From: the human T2T-CHM13v2.0 reference genome, Homo sapiens
Direction: 5' to 3' (one strand)
Assembly (NCBI RefSeq): GCF_009914755.1
Contig: NC_060928.1
Length of the DNA: 64,000 nucleotides
Position 1 is the stretch's first letter. Each line of letters opens with the position of its first letter. Of the stretch, positions 43,181 through 58,147 are shown one piece after another. Below the pieces are notes generated by a model, which searched no databases, was not told the origin of the DNA, and saw nothing but the letters and a program-made list of their open reading frames with translations. Position numbers and translations under genes: made by a program.

Positions 43181-46100
43181 CTTGTTCCACTTATATATAA
43201 TTTTTCATCAAAGTTACTGAGCGCTCATTGTGAGGCTTGAATAGACACAGTTAAATAAAACCATGACTGGCCCTGGCTCTAAGGAGGCCAGCGTCCTGCA
43301 AACACAGGCACACGGCTGTTAGAAATGAGGACGCAGCCATGTTGCCTCACTGCCTGGACTAACACACAATGAAAAAGCAACATTCATTTTCAGTAACTGA
43401 GCAGATTCAATAAATGTAATGGCATTTAATGATTATGCAGCTCGTAGCATCTTTTATTCAAAGGTCAATTCCAATGCACTGTATAGACTATTTACTCTTT
43501 TTAGAGATGGCAGAGATAATAGATTAGGAGACTACCTGCATGGAAGAAACAATTGGCACTGGCCTGCATAAAGTTGGTACTTAAAAATGTTTATTGACTA
43601 ACGCCATAGTGATTTGCTCTATGTTTCTGAACTTATCCTTTTATGGTTGACTTCTTCCTCTACAAAATGGGCAAAAAAAAAACATGCTTATGAAGTACAA
43701 TTGAGAAAATATGGCATAATATTTCATTTAAAGCAGTTTCAGGCATAGGCTGAACAAATTGCTCAAATGTTTTGTTCCTTAATTTTACAAGGGATGCTCC
43801 AGAGAATGGAATCTGACTAGATTTTTCCCCATTTTTAGTTAACTTTACTTATAATTCAACTACCAGTACTCTCAAGTCACTGATAATACCAAATTGAATG
43901 GCTATTTTATCTATAATGTTCTTTTATCTCAAATGGGGAAAAGGGCACATTTTCATATAAGGCTGTGGGATGTGAACAGTGAAGGGTCGTTCTTCCTCTA
44001 AGTGGCTCTCCATTGCTGCAGCCACCTGCTCTACCGTACGGAGCTGAGGTAATTAATAAGAGGTATTAACACGTCTGGTATCACCGGGGAGAGGGAAAAC
44101 CGAAATCTGTTGAATCGCTTTAACTGTGAAACAGCAAATGTTGATTTACTCACCATCTTTCACTTTACCACCCAGCTTGCCATCATTTCTGCAAGATGTA
44201 ATAAAAAGTAAGCTCACACCCCAGTGTAACTTTAATGGGTTTAATTACATGTAACTTGAAATATGTGTTTGGCTACATGGTACGTCCAGCCACCAATCCA
44301 TAACCAGCATTTTTGGAAAAGCACAGCCAGCACTCAGGAGAGAGATGGGAATTAGAAATGCAGACTGGGGAGGAGAGATGAGGCCTTGGAGCCCTGAGTT
44401 ATTGCCCATGTGGGGAGCGCTGAGAGCGGAAGGGAGACAGGCAAAGCCGCCAAACCTAGGGGAATGCCTCCACGTGGGGCGGGGGTGGAAAAACAGAGAA
44501 GGAGGCAGGTGTGAACAGTAGAGAAACAGAGGCAGGCTAAAGAGAGGGCATCGCCACACAAATCAAGAGGGAAATTAATTTCTTGAGGATGTGGGGCTTC
44601 AGGTTGCAACGGTGAGTGAGGAAGCACTGAGAAACTAGGAGAAGCTGTCTGAGCTATTTTTTAATGAAGTTTAATGGTGAATGAGAAGAGCTATTGGGGG
44701 TGCAAAATTGAAGAGATAAGAACTGAATAACGATAGAAATTTATTTTGCTAACAATTGATGAGATTTTTGAGTATCTGTGTAGGCTGAAGTTAAAGACTC
44801 AATGGAGAAAGAAAGTAAAGAAAATGTCGGTTTGTCTTTGAGGGATAAAAGATGCTATCGGAGCGTTTCCTCTTAATGAGATCCATTTCCATCACCGTCT
44901 GTGTAGCACACCATTAAAAATAACTAACAGACAACGTCTTTTTAAATGACACATTATTTTACTTAAATCTTTACATCTGAATCCTGTTCCTGCTTATTTT
45001 CCTGCACTTGTTGACAAGTCATTAGGAAAAACAGTGTTTAGTTCAATATGGCCTGTCATCTAAGAGACCTGTGTAGCTTAAATAAAAAACTGATGGATTA
45101 ATAGTAGTTAAAAAACAAAAGGCAGAATGCGATGGATGGTCCTGTATCTTTTCACCCGCCATAATATACGCATCTTTAGACATACATACACAGAGATAAA
45201 ATAAGCAGCAGGAGGGAAATAACATATAGAAAACTAGAAAATCAAAATGAGATGGCTAGAAACATTTGCAAATAATTTATAATCAAAATATAGAAATAAT
45301 CATTCCACAAGCCTAATTTATTTAATATATATGTGCTGCCAAAACATAATTCTTATCTTAGAATTTCATAATAAATGCAATAATTAAATCACACAGAGTA
45401 AACATTGACAAAACAGCTAATGGACTTCGGATTTAGCATTTTTAAGATACAGGATTTCTTTTATGTGATCCTTTGCATTGATATTATTTTTAAATACCAT
45501 CTAATATCCTGTTATGGATTTTTTTAGTAGACTGCTTAACAAAATGTCACCAATCCATGAGAGCTGGCAGGAAGTCAATGACACTTTATCACAGAGGATT
45601 GCTGGCATGTTCATCATAATAATGATACCTCTAATATGCATTAACAGTTTCCGTCCATTTCTCAAAACTATTGAGAAACTATTGGATATCAGATACCAAC
45701 TGAAATGTGGCCAACTTGATATTATGACATACCAGTCATTTAGAGCTCTTATTCCCTGACCAGAAACCATGCATGAAGGCAGAGAACAATTATAGTCTCA
45801 GAGTTACAATCCTAGGGAAGAAGAGTTTGTGGGGAGCACGTGGTGATTCAAAATAAAATTGAGTAACAGAATGAAATAAACATCACCGTTGGGCTATTTC
45901 AAAACCTACAGAGTAGTTATTAAGAAGGTCACCAATGCATCTATGATATCTACAAGGGCTGTGCTTGGTCTCTAACTGCTCGTGGAACAACCCACTGGTT
46001 TCTTTTGCTGCCTAATGTATGCTTATATTTATTTCCCTAGGGAAGAAATCTGAGAATTTTTTTTTTATTATGGGGACTTTACAAGCAAAAGAAAAGAGCA

Positions 46101-47884
46101 TATTTACCTATTCCTTCCTGCCCCCCACCTATGAAAGCAAAACTGATCTTACGCAATTGAAATACATGCGCATACAGAAGCAAAAGTTACGAATTAGTAT
46201 GACCATGTATACATCAGATTGACCCCACTTATCTTGTGAAAAAATAAGATTACATGCTGAAGTGATGTGGTAATAAGCAATTAACCAATGAATCAGGGTG
46301 GAACTTATCCTCTTAATAACTGAAATGTGGTTTTACTGCATTTGAGAGCAGTATAATTTCAAAGAGTTCTATGTAAGCTCTGAGGCACAAAGTTCTAAGT
46401 TTTTGTTTTAATCATTTCTGTATTTTATTTTCCATAGACACTGATTATTTTATGCCATCCTTTCCACAGTTGCTTGAAAATGTAGTCTAGAGAATCAAAT
46501 TGATTTTTAATTATGAGTTCTTGATTTTAGCCTTCAGATAAACTAAATTGAACCAGAATATTCTTAAAGCGTAAACAATGGATTGTCTAAATTCCCAGCT
46601 CTCATTTCAAGTATTCGCTAATGTGGCATTGATCAATCTACAATTCCCAGACTGAGCAGAAGTGATAGGAATATTGGATAAAAAATGCCGTACAGGCCAG
46701 AAAGATAAATTGTTTGGGTTGTCTTTTTGCAAGTTTGAGGTCACGATTCATTCATCTTGTTACTTTGCTATATCCCTTTAGTGGCTTCAATTGCAGGATT
46801 AAATATTGAATGGTGGCAGATCATTCAATATATAGGCTCTCATAGTTTGGCATTAGAGGGCTTTTCATGCTTAGAATGGAGCTGTGTGCACACAGAATGC
46901 CAAAGATAATCGTGCTGATGATCTAGTCTGTGAGATTAATCCCTCAACAATATTATCAGACAATTCTTAACACATGGATTTGTCCCTGATATGACACTTC
47001 TGAAACAAATGGATATACTAAGCATTTTAGGAGTAACATTGAGCCTCCTATACAGCCTGGCTTTTTCAGGAAATTAACCCATTAGGAGATTTGGCCAGAA
47101 AAGTCCAACACTTTATCACAACCAGTGTTTATGACCACAAAATTATATAAGAGTCAATTTTAAGAATCAAAATGCTTTTAGGGAGTACTGATTAATAGAG
47201 GATTAAAAAATAAAAATTAGTTTGGGTAAAATGTGGCCCTCAGGGCTAAATATGCCAAAGGAAAGTACTAAATTAATATACTGTCTTATAAGTCTAATTA
47301 GCCCAAGAATATTCAATGCTGAGATATTATGTTTAAAATGTTTTAATTGTTGCTCTCCTTATGCACTTTGATAGGGGAGATGCTGAGCCCTTTAAAAGAG
47401 AAATGGAAATGTTAAAGGTTGAAAATTCATTATTTAGTCAAGAGACCCGGAGTCTTGAAGGATAAATGCATATGCTTTTTAAAAATAAAATGTTTTATTT
47501 ATAAAACATAAAAATTAAAGTTTGACAAGGACAAAGAGGTCATTCAGTTTCTCCTCCTGTTTGTGCGGAATTATTTTATTTCACCTTTGGCTGAATGGTC
47601 TGAAATGCCCCAGATGTTAATTTTTCGCTCTGCTCTGAAATTGCTAAAATCCAGAAGTTCTTCAAGGTAAAATCATCTTGGGGTGTTTAGAGGAAGAGAA
47701 GAACTTGCCTAAAATTGTTTTGTCTTAGAACTACCTAATTCACTGTCCCCAAATTGTTATTTTTAATAATTATAATGATTCCATTTTATACTATAAGCAG
47801 TTGTATAAAATAGAATTGTCATTCCATTTCAGTTGTCATATTTCATTTTTTTTCTCAACCGAAGCATATTTGAATTTTCCTCAC

Positions 47885-47962
47885 TTTTTACAAAAGAATT
47901 TCAGCTTTGAGACTCAGGGGTACCTGTGCAGGTTTGTTACCTGGGTGCATTGTGTGATGCTG
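47885..47962 (-). mobile_element. Very short 5'-truncated L1 (L1PA15/16-like 3' end)
   Basis: GACTCAGGGGTACCTGTGCAGGTTTGTTACCTGGGTGCATTGTGTGATGCTG; flanks TTTTCCTCACTTT / TTTTCTTACTTT. Confidence 0.8.
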
Positions 47963-48104
47963 TTTTCTTACTTTCTCATAAGTCAGTTATTCTGTTGCCT
48001 TCATCGCCTGCATTCATCTCTGGCTTCCTTCCAGGCTGCCCCTGTCTTTCTGGATGAGGCTGTCTAAATACAGTTTTACTATCATGAGGAAGCCTAGTAT
48101 TTCT

Positions 48105-48330
48105 AGAGACAGTATAAAAAAGAATGCAGGCCTTAGAGTCAGCCAGTCCTGATGTCTTCCACTTACAGCTGTGAGACTTTCATTTACTTATTGAAATCCT
48201 CTGCTCCTTGGTTTCTTTCTTTATAAAATGGAATGCAGCTATCTACTTCACAGGTTGTTGTGATTCTTAAATAAAACAACAGTGGCTGGCACAGGTAAAC
48301 AAGCAAAAAATAGCTATTATTATCATTATG
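48105..48330 (+). mobile_element. MIR relic
   Basis: TTAGAGTCAG...CCACTTACAGCTGTGAGAC...TAAAATGGAA...CTACTTCACAGGTTGTTGTGA...TAGCTATTATT. Confidence 0.75.
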
Positions 48331-48465
48331 GTGCACTTCTTCATTGACATGTTATAAATTATTTCAGATTGAGGTGGAAGTCTTTTACTTTGATCATTTT
48401 TAAATAAAAGAGATTTTGTATTTGTCTATGACTTCTTTTGAATCAAGCCAGGTTGGGTTGGATTA

Positions 48466-48813
<348 letters not shown>

Positions 48814-49054
48814 TCAATATACCAATGAAAAGCCGTAAGTTTAATAATAAAAGAATCTTGGAATCACATGTATAATCAAATACAATTGCTTCCATCATCA
48901 TGTTATGAATTAGGAACAGAAGAGTTAACTGTGTAAAAAAGGGAAAAATCTATAAGGACCTGGACAGGGAGACTCTGACTCAGTAAGAGAAGGAAAGTGT
49001 GAGCAGAGTAGGGAGACAAGTAAGAAGTAGTTTTTAACATAAAAAAAAAAAATC

Positions 49055-49243
<189 letters not shown>

Positions 49244-49304
49244 AACAAGAGGTAATGGGAGAGAGCAGAAAAAGGCAATGAATGGAGAGTCTAGGAGGAG
49301 ACAG

Positions 49305-49480
49305 CATAATTGAGCACTCACTGTATGCCAGAGGCCACAGGACACATTTGTATTAAGACTGTGATGTGCCTTTTATCTCCACTTTATGGATGAGTTATCC
49401 CAGGCTGAGAAAGGTTAGAATCACACTTACCGGGGCTACTACCGTAACAAGCAATGGAGCTGGTATTAAAACACAGGCAT
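49305..49480 (-). mobile_element. MIR relic
   Basis: TTGAGCACTCACTGTATGCCAG...CCACTTTATGGATGAG...AGGCTGAGAAAGGTTA. Confidence 0.65.
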
Positions 49481-49504
49481 TCCTCACAATATCATGCGCT
49501 AAAC

Positions 49505-49670
49505 CAGTGGTTCTCAACCTTCGGTGAGCACGGAATCACCTGGAGGGCGGCTAAAACAAATTGCTGGGCCCCCTTCCCCCAAGTTTCTGATTCGGTGGCT
49601 CTGGGCTATGACTTGCGAAGTTGCTGATGTTGATGCTGCTGGTCTGGGGACCATACTATGAGGACCACTG
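49505..49670 (-). mobile_element. MER5A hAT-Charlie MITE
   Basis: TIRs CAGTGGTTCTCAA / TGAGGACCACTG; internal GAATCACCTGGAGGGC and GATGCTGCTGGTCTGGGGACCA. Confidence 0.88.
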
Positions 49671-52600
49671 CTCCAAATGACTGCGCTCTACTTCTGTGCC
49701 GTGGTCAATAACGATCAAGTGGCACCCCTAGGTTAGACGCAGTGGTGATTTCATTAGGTTCTTACATGTGGCCCCTCCATGTGGCAGGCTTTAGTTCTCT
49801 GTTTCGGATAAGTCTGGCATTTAATATTAGAGAAGTACTTTGAGTCCTGGAGGAAGCAGTAGCCTGGACAGCCCATCAACATAGAAATTCAAATAAGGGG
49901 ACTCCAGTTATAAGGACCCTTTGTCTCAGGAGCAGGGCAGAAGCTCATTTACTACAAAGTGAAACACCAGATTGGATCGCTCACGTGGAGGGGACTTGAT
50001 GCTGGATCCTTTACGTGTTAAACTGAAGCACATTAAGTTTCTTCTTACTAAGGGTGAGATTGGCTCCAGATCCTGGACAGGCATTAGGCTGTGAGTCCTA
50101 TGCCTCTAGCTATGAGGAGAACCAGAATGTAAGGACAAGGGGACACACACACACATGCACCCCACACCTCCACTGGGGTTACTGTAGTTACTGAACAATT
50201 ACCACAACTTTTTCTCTATATATTCCTTTATTTCAGAGGTGCTGTTATATAGATTCCACACAGTGTTTGTTGACTGACTGCCCAGTATATATTAGCTGAC
50301 TTAACTGTGAATCGCTGTGAGAGGGGCATCAAAGAAAAGTGAAAAGTGTCTCTATGTCTTTCTAACTTAGTATGCTGGGTTCCTAGGAATGAGTCGCATG
50401 CAGATAGGAGTTGAATAAAATCTCATCTACATACTTGATTGGCAGTGACTTGAAACAGGGGTGTTACAGGCATGGAACGTGGAGGAAAGGCAGATGCCAC
50501 ATTTTCAGTTTTTATTTTGCTGATAGCCAATTGGCCAACCAGATATAGTTGTGACAAAAGCTAAGTGTCTCTCTTTAGGGTAAAAGGAAGTCATTACAAT
50601 AGCACCAGAAAACATTTGGTAAGGTCTTTTTGAACTTGGCAGCACCTTGGGTTCTACGCGAATAAGTCAGAAGACCTGAACTGTGATTTGGGAGTTAAAA
50701 AATGGATAATTGCCAACTCCTTAGTTCAATTCAATTCAGTGCAGTTCAGTTGAGTTCACTCAGTAAAATCCAGCAAGTGTCTGTTGATTGCCTACTTATG
50801 TTTACACTATGCACAGTCCCGAACTCGGTCTTGTGATGGATAAGTCTGGGCTCTGTCGGGCGACTGAGGTACCCTGTACACTTCAGGAGGAACGTTTCAG
50901 CTTTCAGATGCATTGACTAATAAGCTTATAAATCATTACATACAATCCGTAGAGCTAAGTGGTACCTAAAGGAATTAGCAGACCTCAAATGCCCGGTTCA
51001 CACCTTGGCTAAACTATGAGTTATAAAGGTAAATATTTTTGGTAAAATATTTTGGTATAGGAATGAGTGCAGACACTGTTTTAGAATACTTAAGTGGTAC
51101 TTTTTTTTTTCATCTTTAAAATATCCTAGACTTTGTTTCTTCATAGAGAGAACCTCCTAACTGAATTCTAAACGTGTTAACTGTTTCCTTTCAGTGAAAG
51201 CTGCTGAGCAGAAGCTGCTAGCAGTGGCTACCTTTGAATTCCCATTATGCTGTGACAGCCAGTAGTACACTGCTTAACTGGGACAATTTGTTTATGGGTA
51301 CATATTTCTGCGTGTGAAAATTAGCTATGAGTTTTCTTGGCATTAGTGATTAGTAATATTTCAACTACCTGATCAGAAGAAACATTCTAAATTCTATTTG
51401 CTCCTATAGACAAAGACAAAACAAGTTTTCCTCTGCAATCTCTGTGTTATGCCATGGCCCATTTGAGCTGTACAACGCACTGCTTGTTCAGTTTTTGTTA
51501 CAACCTTCATGGAAGATGAAAAACATACCCCAAACTGCTATGCAATAAGATCATTGCTCGCCTGCCAGTTTGCAGTTTTATATACAGCATGTTATTGTTG
51601 TGGAATGAAGTTTATGGAGAGTGAGTCTCTGGTAGTCTGTCACTTCACCTGACTACAGTAAAAGGGTCTCCAGGTAGGCTGTTTGTAACTATTGTAAATA
51701 TTCCTAGCTTTGCAGAGTCTTGGTGGTGAAATTTATGAATTAACTGGCACTCCTTCTTTGCTATTTAAAAAATTGAAGTTTAGTTTCAAAGGCCATTACC
51801 TGTTTTACTTGTGTGTCTTGGGGAAAGAGGAGACAGCTCTTAAGATATTGAAAATATTTTCTTTTATTTTCTGTCTCCATTTTTTTGTTATACTTCAGAG
51901 ACCTTATGTAATGTTTAATGTTTCCATTTACTGTATGCATTTTCAGCTTTAGTATTTGTCATCTTGTTCCAATTTAATGAAAGCTTATTTGGCTATGGTT
52001 TTCATTGGAAAGCAGAACACACGTACAATTTTCAGCAATAATATATATTTTTCCTTTTCTTTGGATTTGAACAGCCTTCTAAAATTTTCTCTACTGAAAT
52101 TCTGGCAGAGTTATTTCTTCAACATTTGGCTGAGGGTTTGGAATGTTTTAAACATTTGAAGTGCCTGGGATCAATTACTGTAACCTAAAATGGATAACCT
52201 TTAAGACACAAAGCTCATGTTTTTCTTAATCATCTCATTACATGACATTTTTCTGTTTGTATATCAATAAAACACTGTATGTTGGCTAAATAGGCTCATT
52301 TCATTTATTTCCAAGTACTGTTGATATTGTAAAGCTAGCATATTACATTTAACATTAAAGTTATTTTTAAGATATAACATCTTTGTGGATGAGAAAAATA
52401 AAATCCAGAAGATGGATAAACTTGAAACAATTTAGCAGTCTAACAAAGTATAATAAATAGCAAAATCATGGATTTGAAATGAATCTTTAAAAAATTCACA
52501 ATGCAAGCATATTTTTAAAGCTCTGTTTTTCTAATTAAGGGAGCTCCAAGAGCTTTCTTATTTATTCTCACTATTGTTATTTCGTTACTGAAAAGTTTTT

Positions 52601-54426
52601 TTTCCACTATAAAATCACTGCTTCCTCTGAGAGATGCTTACTTAGAAGGGATTATGTAGGAATATCCTGTTATTTCTATTTATCAGGTTAACCGTGGATT
52701 CATGTTATACTATGGGGGTAGAAAGCAAGGCAAGGCATTGCCAGCTTCAAGATTTGACTTTTGATAAATATAAATGTGGAGCAACCCCGTGCTGCTGGTG
52801 CGTAGTGGATGTGATCCATGACGGGCAGATGGCTGTAGCGATGGAGAGAAATATTATAGCCAGAACATTCCTGCTTCTGCTCCACTGGACTCAGAATACA
52901 TTAACAGGGTCCTCTCTCAGCTTGGAGTTTTTTTCCCGATGATGGATTAGTGATAAACTCATATGCAGGTTATTCCGGAGTTCCTCTGAAACCTTAGCTT
53001 TTCATGAATGAAAAGGTCCTTTATACATTTTCTACATCCTTTAATTTTTTTCCCATGGAACTAGATTGCTTTGTACAAATTTATATCTCTGTTATCTTCT
53101 TTGAAATAATAGAGAGCAGTTGTCCAGTTTTAATGCCTTAATTATTTGTTTGGTGGTTTGGAGAAACTTTACTGTTCCTTAATGAAATACATTACATTTA
53201 GTAAAGAGAGAACTTAAAAGTTGAAATTATTCTTTAAAATACAAGCTAAGATTCTCATGAAGCCAGAAGTCTCCTTGCTCATTTCGTCCTAAATGACTTT
53301 TGATATAAGGCCAAACTTTGTGCCAGATGTGTGGTATTTTACAATAATTACATGGCACAAACCTCCAGTCATTTCCACTGAGACCATTCAACATCTGTTT
53401 TATCAAAATGGCTTTCAGTTTTTTTTCAGGTCCACAGATGAGTAAGAATATTAAGTGAGACACTGAGTCACTTACTTTATTATTTCATAGTGTGAATTTC
53501 TCTTGTATTTATCTGTTTTAAATTGCCACAGACCTAAAGATTTCTTTTAATGACTGGTCATAACAGAGTTTGTTTCTCTGATATTTTGAGGTAAAAATTT
53601 TAAAGACATTCATTTAACATTTACACTTTCTATTCCCTTTATTCTGTTACACATTGTAGTTCCAAATGCTGATGAAAACTTAATAAGGAATTGGTCAGGA
53701 AGTAGATGAGAAGGGATGGTGCGATCCGTTATTACCATTTCCACTTTGAGACCCCTTTAGCTTTTGACCAGCCTACTTCACTGTAAGTCTTCTTATCTGT
53801 GCTAAACAGAATTTACAAGTATCGACTAACAAAGACAAATAGTCAGAGGTCATAAGTGGAAGGGATGGCAGACCCACATGGCAGCGTGAAACGGTTCTTA
53901 CTCACCTGTGGGTGCTCCCAAAGCTGCATGAAGGGCCATTTGCTAATTTCCCTGGGCTCAGGTGAGGGGATATCTCTTTCTGAATTCAATACCTGCTCAC
54001 GTCACTCACTTTATTGGAATACCCAAATGCACAGGTCGTTTATTTTGCTATTCTTAAATATTTTATTCAAAACTATACGCGGAAAGACCTTTATGTTAAT
54101 TATTTCTATCTAGATGGGCAAAATATTATGTTTGGGAAAGTGTGAATTCCCTCAGTGACTTTTGTACAGTCGCTCCACATGCCTCAAAATCTTGTATACT
54201 AACTGGCTGCTGTTACAGTAAAAACAAGGTCAGTGCAGCTCTTCAAAACACTGTGCTTTCCCACTGACGTTTGTACAGTAGTCAGTTTTCTGGGCCAACG
54301 TAGACGTAGCCAGCCATAAAAATAAACATGGGCACATTCATGGCCCAAAATAAATCAAAGTGGACATAATGAAAATTTTCCAGTAAGCTTAAAAGAAAAT
54401 TTAATATACTTCTCTTCTTTTTTTAG

Positions 54427-54760
54427 GAGGGTCAAGCAGTTGGTTCGGTTTTCATTGGAATTTTTATGTGGGTAAAGCTTCCTGTTTGCTGCGCTTGCCT
54501 AGGATTTTCTTATCCCACAACTACAATGTGAACAAAGAGATGAGAGAGAAATTATGCTAATGCATTTTGGTGGATCAAATGAGTGTTTCATGAGACAACT
54601 CAAATTTTTGTTAGCTATATGGTGTTGGAATATAATTTCAAAGACAACTAAGCCCTAAAATAGGAGATTTATTTAAAACATAACTTTTCCTTGAATGAAA
54701 GGATGTTTTTGTTCTTTCTCTGACAAATATGATTTGAGAATAAAAGGAAATATATAACCA
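54427..54760 (+). other. Candidate alternative terminal exon of an unidentified plus-strand gene
   Basis: Acceptor TTAAT..CTTCTCTTCTTTTTTTAG|GA; 43 open codons to TAA 54558-54560; AATAAA 54739-54744, CA at 54759-54760, TGTATTTTTGT downstream. Confidence 0.4.
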
Positions 54761-55529
54761 TGATGGAAATGTATTTTTGTCCCAAAGCTGATTTGTCTCA
54801 GATATTTTTGGTCACAGTTCAATTATTTCAAAATTATTTTTAGGTTTTTAGATTCTTGCTTTGGTCACATAGCAATTTTGTTCCAAAGATACGAAACCAT
54901 GTAATCCGACCATTTCCGAAGCTGGGCTCTTCAATATGTCTATCTTTCAGACACAGTTTGGCAAATACGGCAGCTCAGTCAAGTGAAATGTGCTGTAAGT
55001 CCTAGGGTTGATTGGTCAAGAATAAGATTTCTCCAGTAAGACATTTTTACAAAGGCACGATGACTATACTTTCATAGTTCAAACAAACAGAGCATAAGGA
55101 ATTATTCTGAAATATAATGATGGTACAGCTGTAACAATAAAAAGGTCTGTAATAAATAAAAGATTGTGCATCTGTTTTAGAAGACCTCTGACTGCTATAC
55201 CTTGTAACTTGCCACAGGCCTGATGCACTATATCTTAACTCTAAGTACAAATGCAAGAATAGTGTATATCCTACATTATGTTATGTCTCAAAGAATTTTA
55301 GACAGATAGGGACACACTATCTGATGGTGAAGAGACGGAATCGAAGCTGAAACATCAGACTGAATTATGTTTAAGTATTATCTATTCTTCTGCAAAGAAA
55401 ATTAGCTTTTATCTGTTTTTCTAGAAGTAGTGATGTGTCTCTGCTAAAAGAAGCACATTCTTACCACCGTGGAACAATTGGATGCCTTTATGAAACCGAT
55501 GTAGTTTAATAGCAGGTTCTTTTGGGTGA

Positions 55530-55832
<303 letters not shown>

Positions 55833-57369
55833 GTGAAATTTGTTTTCTTAATTGGTAATAAGAACTTGGGCTTATTATCATCGTGCTTTAGAATTTGCTA
55901 ATTCCTTTTTTCAATCACTGTCAGTACAGTCTGACTCCTTTTAATTCCTGACATTTTTGTTCCCCTTCTCATCCAGTAAAATAAGAATAACCACAGCCTT
56001 TACTTTCTCCAGTGCAGTAGGGTGTCAGGAGGACTATTAAATATAAAGTTCTTAACAGTTTTTCAGTGTAACCTAAATGTGAAAAATCTATGAATGGTTA
56101 ACAGAAAGTATTCAATCTAAATCCTCCCCAAGGTCAGAAATATTATTTTGGAATATGAAAAACTACACCTACAAAATGAAGTAATTCATCACTTTAAAAA
56201 ACAAATTTGGAGTTTTTAATAGAAGCCAAACTAACTCAGACATCTAAGCCATCAATAAAGCTTGCCAGAATTTGAAGAGAATATCACGATGTAACTCTTT
56301 TTATGGATCAAGTACAAATGAAGTTGACAGTGTATGCCTAATCAGAGTGCGGAGAACTGGAAGCCGCCGACAGTATTTCCGCTTTCTCATGTTGACACAT
56401 TGTGTGTGCAGGCAGCAGAGCCAGGCTGATTAAAAATGTCAAGACTTTGCTAATGTGAAGCACATGCTTTCAAAATCTGAATTTGAGTTCACGAGGCCCC
56501 AATCTGCAGCGTGTAAATAAAGTACATTTATTCATTAATGCATTCACTTATGTTGTGTTCAAGCAGGACAACTCTTAGGAAACCACGTCCACGTTAGCTT
56601 ACTATTGATTAGAATATACAGCTCCTCATCAAAGGAGCTTGAGAACTGAAACCACACAGCTGTGAGCTGAGGACAAGGCCAAGGTGGAGGTGAACAATCA
56701 TTGCATTCTCCTTGAATGCTCTCCATCATCGCCGGTCACAGCGCTGACTCTCTCCCTTGGAAGGCAATTGTCTTCATAAACAGTAGAGAGCATCGGGAAG
56801 GTGGCTGAGAATGGCTGCTGAGGAACTTTATTGTATTGCGGGACTCCTTGCACTAGCTTCTTACCTGGCTTTTTTGGTTAAGTGTATGAGAAATCAAACC
56901 CAGTACCCAGAACCTGAGAAAGGTATTAGGCGTCATTACTCACTACTCCCAGCCAAAAGGCTTCATGGACTTCCATTTCCCTAGAACGTCCAGCTGGCCT
57001 CCCATGAGGGAAAATGAGCTCCCAGCCGCCGTCCTGGAACATTCCCTCACCTCCCCGCTACAATCTATCGCTTCTCCTGAATGCCTCCTTTTGTACTCAC
57101 AGTAGATGTTGCGTAATTTTGGTGAGAGAAAGAACCCAAACCAAGGGCTAACGTGATCCTTACCTCTCTTGTCACTTTTCCTTTGTATACTGATGAGAGC
57201 GTACCTAAGGTTGTGCATTGAGCGGGAATAGATTGGATGCATGTTGAGTGTATGGAACTATGCTAGACACTAAAGGAGATGACAAATGGATAGTACCCAT
57301 CATCTGTATCCTTAGGGGACTTGCCATATACCAAAGAAAGAATTAACAAAGAATTTGAAGTGGCACTTA

Positions 57370-57830
57370 TCCATCCGTTTATTTAACAAACGTTCAGTGA
57401 GTACTTGTGCTGTGTCAAGCTAGGTCCTAGGTACTGGGGATATCACAGTGAGTAGAAGACTTGGTCCCTGCTCTTCCTCTGTAATTGTGGATTCCCAGGA
57501 GAGCAGTGCAGGCAATTTATGTTGTAGGAGCATGAGAGAGTTGCGCTAGGCATTGAAGAAAGTGAAATACTGATGAGTATGTTAGGATTTGGAAAGAATG
57601 AAGGGAAGGCATATTTGCTTCAGGCATGGCATAAACTCAGGGACAGAAGGCAGGCAAGAAAGCTGGAGGGTATGGAGGAATAAAGGAGCACCACAAGCAG
57701 GCTTGGGTCGGGAGGGAGCCTCTGGGTTTGCAAAGATGAGCCATCACTGGAGATGCTGGTGTGCGACAGTGGCATAAGAAGCAGTAGGTTGGCATGAATA
57801 ATCTGGCACTATTGTGCAGGACGAACTGGA
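57370..57830 (-). mobile_element. L2 3' fragment, probably continuing after the Alu to ~58430
   Basis: TTTATTTAACAAACGTTCAGTGAGTAC...CTAGGTACTGGGGATATCACAGTGAG...GGTCCCTGCTCT. Confidence 0.7.
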
Positions 57831-57834
57831 CTCA

Positions 57835-58147
<313 letters not shown>

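Noticed and set aside
50722-50812. Degenerate TTCAG/TTCAA pentamer array
   Set aside because: Best explained as the simple-repeat tail of an adjacent antisense L2 3' end.
52694-52942. GC-balanced unique stretch with ORFs on both strands, possible exon or processed pseudogene
   Set aside because: No recognisable peptide, no paired splice sites, no poly(A) tail or TSD.
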